A DNA stretch of 64,000 nt from Mycoavidus cysteinexigens (GTDB lineage Bacteria > Pseudomonadota > Gammaproteobacteria > Burkholderiales > Burkholderiaceae). The position numbers and the translations under genes are program-made. The notes beneath the pieces were generated by a model that ran no database searches, was not told the DNA's origin, and saw only the letters and a list, made by a program, of their open reading frames with translations. Every line of letters begins with the position of its first letter. The stretch's first letter is position 1. Positions 10,047 to 18,564 of this stretch are shown here, piece by piece. Location of the stretch: the NCBI GenBank assembly GCA_031963045.1, contig JASSUK010000042.1, forward strand, positions 1,030-65,029. Reading direction: 5' to 3'.

Positions 10047-12725
10047 ATGGTCATAACTGGAAGCCCTTTTTTACCATGTTCGGTATTACGTTCAAGCTCA
10101 TCCTCCTCATCGCAGGTTTTTCCGGAAATAAATAGTTCAGCTGAGGTGGAAATACGCGATCAAGCAATAAATTTTAATAATCGATCTAAAAGAAGCAATA
10201 ATGCTTCAGGCGAATGTCAATATTCAACTGTAAACGTTCAGATCAATGATTTTCCGCAGTCATCATTAGAAGTTAATCGGCTTAGTTCTTTTATAAACCA
10301 AGCATCAATCTATGCATCTGGAAATATTCAATCAACCGATCTGCATCATGGGCAAGTGGACAATGTCGAAGCAATTACTGATGCATTTCAGTCCTTGCAA
10401 ATAAGGCATCAGCCTGAGGCTGTTACTGCTCCATCTCAAAGGGAAATTAGCTTTTCCGCAGATGAACAAATAAGAAAAATATTGCCTAACAAGGCTCTTG
10501 ACTTATTAGAAGAGATTAAATTATCCATTAACAATGCTGGTAAATTTATAAAAGCAATCGAAAATTTGCTCGGTTATGGAGTAGGGATTCGTATATTTTA
10601 TAAGATAAACGATGTCGGTAGCTTAGTAAATTTCCTGAAGAATCCATCTGATAACATTCATAAAAATGAAATAAAGGTACTTTGGACACTTGCAGATAAA
10701 ATGGTATGTGCTTTTCTTAAATATAATTTCATTAGCACCTCTTCGATTAACGAGATTTTAGAACTAAAATCTTTGATGCAAGAACAGTTATGGGAAAATG
10801 TAGAAAATAAATTTCAAGAAATGATTGATTTTACCATTGGTAAAATCAATGCATACTGGAAAAATAAAAATGATGGGCAGGATATATTTTTTCTACTTGA
10901 AAATTTATATGTATTGGTTAAATATATTAAAAATTTTAATAAAAAAGAAAATAATTTATTAAAAATAATAATCAATTTGAGTAGCGTTATTCAATATATT
11001 CCTTCAAAAGAAGAAAGATTTCGGAGAAAATTAAATGTTTTAGTGTCTAAAATTTTAAATGAGATATCTGTGCACGATTATAAATATAATTTTCACCTTT
11101 CTGAATTTGAATTGCCGTTGCAGAGATTATACGTACACTTTTCGTATTTGGAAAATAACTCAGATTATTATATAAATTATCTTGCCAACTATACGTGCCA
11201 GAGTTTAATAAATATTTATAAATTTTCTTACTTTATTAACGATGGAGCCAATTCTTCAGAATTGAGTAAAAGCCAACAAAGTGATTGGTATGTAAAGCTG
11301 CGAGAATACTATAAAATAGTAAATGAAGGTGAAATTAAAAAAATTAAATTTAGTGATTTAAAATATTTTTTAGATAAGCTAACTAACTTAGAAAAAAAAT
11401 TATTTTTAGGTGGTTTATACGAAAATTTAATTCATAATTTATTTGGCATTAAGCTAAAAAACTGTACGCGGCAACAGGTTTTTGAGCTTTTGGATAAGAT
11501 TATAAATGAGTACCCGGCTTTAATGGCAAAGCAGAGTTTTATAAGAAATATCAAACTTCCCGCAGAGGAGAGTTTTTTTTGGGTTTCCGCATTGCCAGAA
11601 ATAAACCAAAGGGTGGAATTAAATAATTGGCTTAAAAAAATTTCTAACGAAAGAAAATCGCAATCTGAATTTCTTGCAAGCTTGAAAGGTTTGTTATTAA
11701 ATTCTATTTTTACTGTGCCGCTCAAATTTAACTATCTAATCAAACATGCTAAAAGAAAAATAATAAAGAAAGTCAGGCAAAAAGTTTATCCGTTCCTAAA
11801 ATTAGGTGATTTAGATTTTCGAAGTAGTCCATTTCGTCATCTTCGTTATATGAGAACAGCGATGGATAATATCCCCTCTTATCGGAACACCGCCTCTATG
11901 AAATATGTAGATGAAAATGGCAAAGCATTTTATTTAATGGCCCATAGTATGGGAAACCCTCAAGGGGGGAAGATAATTTTACCTAGGCGGTTCGTAGTAG
12001 GCGATGATAATTGCTCAGATCGTGGACACAGTGAGGCAGTGTTATTGGCCGCTCATGCAATTGGTCATATTAAGGTTAAAGGCTGGGGTACATTGAACCT
12101 AGCTGGCCTTAAGCAAGAGTATTGTGCATCCACCAATGAGCCATGTTCTACAGGGGAGGCCTGCAAATTGAGTCTGCTGCCCTCATTACCTACTATATTT
12201 TATGCTAATAGTTATAAAGGCCATGAAGATGCAAACGGCTTTATGGATAAGCTTCATGCACACCAGTGGAGAAAGAATGAAGACGAATCTTATGAAAGCG
12301 AGGTCGAAAGCGAAGAAGAATGTGAAGTATTTGTGTTAGACGGGGAGTATTTTAAGGGCTTGGATTTGACCCACGAGCAAGAGCGAGAACCAGTCCCCGC
12401 TTGGCGTTTGCGTGATCACATTAAAGAAAAATCTCCTTATTATTCAGAACCTCTAGAAAACTCCTTTGAAAACAAATATTTTTCTGGTTATGTAAATATT
12501 CATAAAAATAGCTATAAAGCCCCGTTAATAGGAAAAAACGAGAGAATTGTAAAGTTAGGCATAAAAACAGAATCAGAAGTAGACGAACTGGATAGTGAAG
12601 TAGACTTAACAGCCGCTGTAGATACCTTCTGTGAGATAAGCGAACAACTTAAAATTTTACTCAGCAAACTTAAATCTTTGCGGAATGAAGCCCTCCAATA
12701 TTCTGGGGAAATAACCAAAATTTAA
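10047..12725 (+). CDS. large AT-rich hypothetical protein (892 aa); effector candidate with a C-terminal deaminase-like motif
   Basis: Uninterrupted 892-aa ORF in a very AT-rich segment. Ser-rich N-terminus (SVLRSSSSSSSQ). C-terminal GHSEAVLL...(35 aa)...TNEPCSTGEAC. Acidic tail. Confidence 0.75.
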   Translation: MVITGSPFLPCSVLRSSSSSSSQVFPEINSSAEVEIRDQAINFNNRSKRSNNASGECQYSTVNVQINDFPQSSLEVNRLSSFINQASIYASGNIQSTDLHHGQVDNVEAITDAFQSLQIRHQPEAVTAPSQREISFSADEQIRKILPNKALDLLEEIKLSINNAGKFIKAIENLLGYGVGIRIFYKINDVGSLVNFLKNPSDNIHKNEIKVLWTLADKMVCAFLKYNFISTSSINEILELKSLMQEQLWENVENKFQEMIDFTIGKINAYWKNKNDGQDIFFLLENLYVLVKYIKNFNKKENNLLKIIINLSSVIQYIPSKEERFRRKLNVLVSKILNEISVHDYKYNFHLSEFELPLQRLYVHFSYLENNSDYYINYLANYTCQSLINIYKFSYFINDGANSSELSKSQQSDWYVKLREYYKIVNEGEIKKIKFSDLKYFLDKLTNLEKKLFLGGLYENLIHNLFGIKLKNCTRQQVFELLDKIINEYPALMAKQSFIRNIKLPAEESFFWVSALPEINQRVELNNWLKKISNERKSQSEFLASLKGLLLNSIFTVPLKFNYLIKHAKRKIIKKVRQKVYPFLKLGDLDFRSSPFRHLRYMRTAMDNIPSYRNTASMKYVDENGKAFYLMAHSMGNPQGGKIILPRRFVVGDDNCSDRGHSEAVLLAAHAIGHIKVKGWGTLNLAGLKQEYCASTNEPCSTGEACKLSLLPSLPTIFYANSYKGHEDANGFMDKLHAHQWRKNEDESYESEVESEEECEVFVLDGEYFKGLDLTHEQEREPVPAWRLRDHIKEKSPYYSEPLENSFENKYFSGYVNIHKNSYKAPLIGKNERIVKLGIKTESEVDELDSEVDLTAAVDTFCEISEQLKILLSKLKSLRNEALQYSGEITKI

Positions 12726-12918
12726 TAGAAAATAAGTTTGATTGAGAGGTTTAAGGTTGCAGTGAAACGGTTAACTGTAACGGCTCGCTTTTGAAACCGG
12801 CCATGCTCGCAATCAGCGCACTTTCTGTCTCAGATTAATTGCAACTAGCGGAGCGTCCAGAGGGTGTCAGTAATTTTGTGCAAAAGAAGTCATATGAAGT
12901 TGATAAAAAAGGACACAT

Positions 12919-13161
12919 ATGACGAAGATAGACAAAGCGATATTAGAGCAATTTCTAGAGGGAGTAGATCTGTCGAATCCTAAATCGATATTCACGGAAG
13001 GCGGGTTGTTTAGTCAGCTTAAAAAGTCACTGGCAGAAAGAATATTGCAAGCTGAGTTAGAACATTATCTTGAGCAAGAACGTAGCACAGGAGAGATAAA
13101 GAATAATAATAAAAATGGCAGTAGCAAGAAATCAGTCTTAGCTGTTAAAACCTGCAATTGA
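12919..13161 (+). pseudogene. IS256-family (Mutator-type) transposase, N-terminal fragment
   Basis: KSIFTEGGLFSQLKKSLAERILQAELEHYLEQER...NGSSKKSV matches the typical IS256 transposase N-terminus. It is truncated after about 80 aa, with frame-shifted traces continuing to about 13290. Confidence 0.7.
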
Positions 13162-13735
13162 AAATGCGCCGACCTGCAATAAGCGGGATTTTCAACCAGG
13201 AATAATTGCAACTGACGAGATGCCCAAACCAGCATTATTTTCAACGGACTAAAAATGCAGAGACGATGGGATGAGCAGAGGGCATTCAAACAGAAAATAA
13301 GGTAATATTTTACTTTAATATCGGCGTATTAATATGTATTCTGCTAAAAGTGCCTTAATATTAAAGTTCGAATGTCAAGGCTAAATAGAAATGTCTGACT
13401 TTTATTATTTCCCATTAAAGAAAGGGCCATTTCATTGCTTCTAAGATCAATATTTTTTAGCTAGGGCTTCACATTGCAATGGTCTGCCTTTTAATCTAGT
13501 TTTGATAGCTACCATTTTGCGTGGTGAATCTGCTAATACTGCATCGAGGCCAAGGCACGCTGCACGCTGGTAATCAAGCTCATTATTGATTGCAATTGCG
13601 AGGATTTTTACTAGTGCTTGCCGACGAAAACAAGCGATTGTTTTAGGTGTCCATATCTACTTAGCTGCTACAAAAAATGTCAAGGGTCGGATAAGAGAGA
13701 ACCATTGCTAGCTCTCCCTCTCCTAAGAACTGTAC

Positions 13736-13916
13736 GTGCGAGTCGCCCCGCATACAGCTCAAGCCAAGAATACAGCACTGTTTAAGGCACCGGGCAATAC
13801 GGAGACTGGGTGGCGGCATAGTAATGCTGTATTCTTGGCTTGAGCCGTGTGCCTGGCGACGGGCCTGCACGGTACTTAGGGGACGGCGGGGTAGCAATCC
13901 GCCGCTGTTACCCGAC
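13736..13916 (+). mobile_element. group II intron remnant: GUGCG 5' motif, long stem, canonical 34-nt domain V and a domain VI-like hairpin; no IEP ORF
   Basis: 13842-13875 GAGCCGUGUGCCUG-GCGA-CGGGCCUGCACGGUAC folds as domain V: AGC triad with G.U wobble, 2-nt 3' bulge, GNRA tetraloop, 34 nt. 13879-13916 forms a hairpin with an unpaired A 7 nt from a terminal ...GAC. A 20-bp perfect stem pairs 13757-13776 with 13826-13845. Confidence 0.5.
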
Positions 13917-14011
13917 CCGCTACAAAATGTCATGGCTAATTACAAATGTCTGGTTTCTGGCTAAATAGAAATGTCTTGTTTTTATGACTTAAAATAAAAC
14001 AAGAAGCAGGG

Positions 14012-14070
14012 TTGACCACAGCAGCCCCCGCCGGGCCCTCTATCCCAAGAACGGGGGCTGCTGTGGTCAA
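14012..14070. repeat. GC-rich 19-bp stem-loop inside the IS, downstream of the transposase stop
   Basis: TTGACCACAGCAGCCCCCG (14012-14030) pairs with CGGGGGCTGCTGTGGTCAA (14052-14070). Confidence 0.6.
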
Positions 14071-14122
14071 TCACAAACGTTGAGAGTCGCCCAAGTTCAA
14101 ATGTCTTTATTTCCGTCGTAAT

Positions 14123-15535
14123 CTATATTCGATGTGGTGTATTTTGGTTACTGCGATGAGCCGCTACTTGCATAACCGCTGTTGTTAAATCCTCTATGGT
14201 GAATTCCCGCTGTTTTTTTGTTCGTGCCTGACGCTTTTTCTGATTCGGGACTATGCCTTGATTAGATCTTGATGGGGAACCAGAAGCAGGGCGGTTATCA
14301 CGTTGGGCTTGTATAAGCTGTGCTGCCTGGAGAACATGGCTCAAGCGTTTATGCTCTACGACTGCACCTTGATTGATTTCAGATAATCTATCATAGCGTT
14401 GATAATCAAAGATCATACCGTTAGCATGTAGTTCAATTCGGCCATCAGGATATTCGTACACTTCAATATATTGATGAATCAACTTTCGGGTTTCAACGGT
14501 ATCATTAAGCAGATAAATCACACGGTCATACTGTACTGTCAATGAATGCGTTACACGGCGTGGTTCACGCCATGTAAAAATAGTATCGAGATCCTCATCT
14601 TCACGCAGTGGACGGTGTGCATTGAAGCTGCTTTTAGGGGGCTTTGCAAAACGCGCATTAAAATCAGCAATAAAGCACGGGATAAAAGCGTTAGCTGCTT
14701 CTTTATTACTAATATCACGTAATCGAAGTTCTTTAACTAACCGATCTTGCAAAGTCAGATTAGCTCTCTCAACACGCCCCTTCGCTTGACTTAAATTCGC
14801 ACAAATATTTTCAATATTAAGCTCGTACATGGCACGACCGAAATGAGTCATACCTTTATCGCTACGCGTGGCATGTTGTGCACTACGGAAAATAGTGGCC
14901 TTATCGCTATAAAATGCAAGTGGCTTGCCATATTTTTCTAAATAAGCGCGTGTTGCTTCAAAATAGCTAAAAGTGGATTCGGTGGGGGTGAAATGCAGAT
15001 GCATGATGCGGCTGGTGGCATCGTCGATATAGGCCAGCAACGTACAGGCAGGACCTCGACCCTCAAACCAATCATGATCACTGCCATCAATCTGAATTAA
15101 TTCACCCAGACAAGACCGTCGATTTCTGGGTTGGTAAATCTTAGGAGGGCATTGTCTTTTAGGGACCCATAGGTTTGCTTCAATCATCAAGCGGCGTACC
15201 GTTTCCTTAGCCAGCTTGATGCCGTGACATTCGCGCAGTTTCTCACAGGCTAACGTGGGGCCAAAGTCTGCGTAGTGCGCACGAATAAGTGCAATTGCAC
15301 GTGCAGTAATATTTGCTGGAAGTTGATGATTACTTGCTTTGCCGCGGTGACGAGAGGCTATCCCAGCGGCTCCAAATTGGAGATAGCGATCAACAATTCG
15401 TGTAATTTGCCGAGCACTCAAGCCCAGGCGTTCTGCAGCCTGATAATGCTTTAAACGACGCTCAATAACTGCTTCTATGACTTTGACGCGGTCAAGTTCG
15501 CGCATGCTCATCGTAATACATCCAGGTTTAGCCAT
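14123..15535 (-). CDS. transposase, integrase-core (rve/DDE) type with N-terminal HTH; ISNCY-like
   Basis: 470-aa ORF. N-terminal MSMRELDRVKVIEAVIERRLKHYQAAERLGLSARQITRIVDRY (HTH). Core GELIQIDGSDHDWFEGRGPACTLLAYIDDATSRIM...AFYSDKATIF is typical of this transposase group. Confidence 0.9.
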   Translation of the reverse strand: MAKPGCITMSMRELDRVKVIEAVIERRLKHYQAAERLGLSARQITRIVDRYLQFGAAGIASRHRGKASNHQLPANITARAIALIRAHYADFGPTLACEKLRECHGIKLAKETVRRLMIEANLWVPKRQCPPKIYQPRNRRSCLGELIQIDGSDHDWFEGRGPACTLLAYIDDATSRIMHLHFTPTESTFSYFEATRAYLEKYGKPLAFYSDKATIFRSAQHATRSDKGMTHFGRAMYELNIENICANLSQAKGRVERANLTLQDRLVKELRLRDISNKEAANAFIPCFIADFNARFAKPPKSSFNAHRPLREDEDLDTIFTWREPRRVTHSLTVQYDRVIYLLNDTVETRKLIHQYIEVYEYPDGRIELHANGMIFDYQRYDRLSEINQGAVVEHKRLSHVLQAAQLIQAQRDNRPASGSPSRSNQGIVPNQKKRQARTKKQREFTIEDLTTAVMQVAAHRSNQNTPHRI

Positions 15536-15946
15536 TAAAACCCTCAGCTTAGCGGTATAAATTGCTCAGCATAGGGTTAAAAACCAGACATTACTACTTA
15601 GCCCCTACAAAAAATAATGCGATAATTTGTGTTATGTAAAATTAAACATAGACACTGATGAAGGTCCGCGACTAACCTTCACCGCGCCTACGCCTCCTCC
15701 TTGTGGGCAACTTTCAGCCTTGCGTGGATACGTTCAACTATCAGTTCATGCTCTAGCCTCAGCGCGTCCGTTGAAAGTAAAGTGGGCTGCGCGAGCTACT
15801 GAAAAATAATGCGCAGCACTTTGCATCATTCCTCCTTGCGAGCCACGTATGACCGTTTCCGTATCATGCAGCTCAGCAATAACATTACATCTCGATTTTT
15901 CGGAGTGTAAGACCAAAATTGTAGTCTCTCTTATTTAATTAACGAT

Positions 15947-16262
15947 TTATGTCATGTCCAGGGATGTTTTTGGATTAATGATGTTGATGTTATGAAATGG
16001 CTGAAGCGCTAGCAAATCTGCGTCAGCGCACAAAATAAATTTTTCACGTGTTCCTGCTTCACTTCCTTCTTTTTTTGCAGCTTGAATACTTTGTTTGATG
16101 CGTTCAATGGATGTTTGCATACGCTCGCATACGCTCATCCATAGGCAATCCCTTGCCCATATTGAATTTATCTAAAGCTTCCTCGTGCTCTCTATCCAAT
16201 TCTTGCTTGGCTTTTTCAATAATTTCGTAGTCTGATTTGGAAAAAGTTTCCATGAATGCTCC
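15947..16262 (-). pseudogene. small hypothetical gene (about 98 aa when repaired) disrupted by a 10-bp tandem duplication
   Basis: GCATACGCTC occurs twice in tandem (16117-16126 and 16127-16136). Removing one copy fuses ORFs 16104-16307 and 15947-16138 into ...GLPMDERMQTSIERIKQ.... SD AGGAG lies 6 nt before the ATG at 16262. Confidence 0.55.
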
Positions 16263-17170
16263 TGTTAAAGAATACAGAAAGGAAGGCCTTTCTGTTCTTT
16301 GAAGCATAGGGGCATTTTGTGTGTAGGACTATTTGTCGAATGGTATAGGGCTAAAAAATTAGTATTTTTATTTGGCTAAATCTTTTTATCTCAATTGATG
16401 GTTTCATATTTTCAGCTGTTGGTAGAATAAGCGAGAGAAGAGGATTTTATTTTTGCTGATCTGCCAAATAGCGACGGTTTTTTTAGATATAACAAGTATC
16501 AGTTTTCATGAGTGAATAAAGAGCGCCTTGCTAGCTCTTTGTCCCAGGTCAAGGCGCGAGACGTAAAAGTTCTGGTAGAAAATGCTAATCATGATTGCGT
16601 ATATGATCTTTATTCCGATTTTTAATTTACATTAAAAAAGTTTCACGCTATTCTGAAATTTCAGACAATACGGTGGACCACATGCATTATGAAGAGTTAA
16701 TTATTTCAACAAATACTTAAGACTTAAGAATAGTTATGGTTTTTATGGTAAATTAATGAAAAAAATAGAAAATCGTCTGGCGGAGATATGAACTTTCTTA
16801 ATAAAAAGGATTAGACCGTGACTCTAGGAGAAGAAATAGCCCTCGACCTAATAGCTAGTTCGTTTTCAGTAAGTCCAGTTAACGCATGCGTCGAATCTAT
16901 CACCAAAAATGATTATGCAAGACTAGATCCTGGACAACGCTCGTATGTGGCGCTTGCGCAGATCTATTGGAGTAAGAGGGATATACGATTGCAGAAGCTT
17001 TATCATACATTGGCTTAGATAATATTAAAAAGCTTATTGAATATTGGGGCGATCCTGCAATTGTAAAGCGCCAAAAGATACGGAGAATATTAGATGCACA
17101 AGATAAAGCACAACAAACATTTTAATTTGACCTATTAGTCCTGCTACGTATCTAGGCACAACAAAACATT

Positions 17171-18400
17171 TTATAAAGAATGCTTATTTAACGCGCAAGT
17201 CGCTGCATTCTGAACACTCTTCACTGGATCTTTTTGCGCTAATGCGATAAGGACTTCCTTCGTTTGCGGGGATAAAGAGTGTAGTTCACCAAATAAGTTA
17301 GCCGATATTTCGCGGAATATCCCAACGGGATTTTTCGACAACAAGAGAATCTCTTGCTCTAATCGTGCTGGTGAGAGACGCTGCCGCAATACATGCATTA
17401 CTGCTTTCTGGACATTCAGTGCCTCATCTTTTAATAGTGGGATAATCTCTTGCTCTAATCGTACTTGCGGGAGAGACTGACCTAATATGCCAATTGATAT
17501 TTTTCGGACCTGCCACGCTGGATCTTTTAATAGAGGGGTAATGTACTGCTCTAATCGTGCAGCTGAAAGACGCTTACCTAATATGTCAACCGCTGTTTGT
17601 CTGACCTGCCAGGCTGGATCTTTTAATAACGGAGTAATCTTCTGTTCTACCTGTAGAATGAAGAGGCGATCGCCTAATAAGTTCATCACTGCTTGTCGGA
17701 TCGACCACTCTTGATCTTGTAATAGCGGCGTAACCTCTTGCTCTAACTGTACAACTGAGAAGCGCCAACCTACTACGTAAAACGCTGCTTTTCGAACTTG
17801 CCACGCTGGATCTTTTAATAACGGGGCAATGTACTGCTCCATGTCTGCTGGCAAATCGGACAAGCCGCTGAGGGTGGAAATTGCCTTTTCCCGAATCTGC
17901 CACGCTGGATCTTTCAGTTGCTGGATCGCCTCAAATTTACGTGCTAACTTAAGTGCGACTTGGTGTTCTTCCTCACAGATCTGCTTATTAGTTTCAAGTT
18001 CTTGCCTTAGTGCTGTGCATTCTTTTTCTTTAGCCTCAAGGCTTTCTTTTAAGCCCGTTTTCTCTTGATCAGCAGCTTCAATAGCTTGATTTTTCTGCTT
18101 TAGACTTTCATTCAGTTCATCAATCTGGCCTATAAAATAGGATAAAACTTGCTCGGTTACTCCTGCGTGTTGACTATTTCCTAACGTTGTTTCTATCCTT
18201 GCTAATGCTTGCCGCATGTCTTGTAGGCTGCAATCAGTAGCTTGGTTTGCTGCTTGAAGAGTTTCTATTGAGTTTTCATGGATATTTAGCAGCTCAGTCA
18301 GTAAGTTTTCCGCATTTCTCTCTTCTTGCGTAACCAATGGCACATATTGAGAGCTTGCTGCGCTACTTGTTGGAGTTAGTGTTGTGGATGGTAACTGCAT
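17171..18400 (-). CDS. HEAT-repeat protein with an N-terminal coiled coil; effector candidate
   Basis: Seven or more tandem 32-34-aa units (LEQxITPLLKDPAWQVRxxAxxxLGxRLS), a classic HEAT/PBS-lyase-type signature. S/T-rich N-terminus MQLPSTTLTPTSSAASSQ. Confidence 0.8.
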   Translation of the reverse strand: MQLPSTTLTPTSSAASSQYVPLVTQEERNAENLLTELLNIHENSIETLQAANQATDCSLQDMRQALARIETTLGNSQHAGVTEQVLSYFIGQIDELNESLKQKNQAIEAADQEKTGLKESLEAKEKECTALRQELETNKQICEEEHQVALKLARKFEAIQQLKDPAWQIREKAISTLSGLSDLPADMEQYIAPLLKDPAWQVRKAAFYVVGWRFSVVQLEQEVTPLLQDQEWSIRQAVMNLLGDRLFILQVEQKITPLLKDPAWQVRQTAVDILGKRLSAARLEQYITPLLKDPAWQVRKISIGILGQSLPQVRLEQEIIPLLKDEALNVQKAVMHVLRQRLSPARLEQEILLLSKNPVGIFREISANLFGELHSLSPQTKEVLIALAQKDPVKSVQNAATCALNKHSL

Positions 18401-18564
18401 AGGTTTTTCCTCTCAGAGAGCCAAAAAAGGCTATACAACGCGATACACAGTATTTATACGTACCCAACAACGTTTAGCGCATCGTGTAAAACACTGAACT
18501 TTTTACATAGAAGAGTATGCCGCTGTTTATTTTTGAGGGAATAAAAAAATAAAGGAGGTGAGCT

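Larger units (their letters stand above)
13933..15605 (-). mobile_element. insertion sequence (about 1.67 kb) encoding an rve/DDE transposase, probably ISNCY-type
   Basis: Imperfect terminal inverted repeats: GGCTAATTACAAATGTCTGGTTT (13934-13956) against the reverse complement of 15583-15605 (GGCTAAGTAGTAATGTCTGGTTT), about 21/25 identical. They bracket one transposase ORF. Confidence 0.65.

Noticed and set aside
13661-13933. 90-aa ORF on the minus strand
   Set aside because: It is fully occupied by the GC-rich paired regions of the intron-like structured element. No RBS, and the amino-acid composition is implausible.
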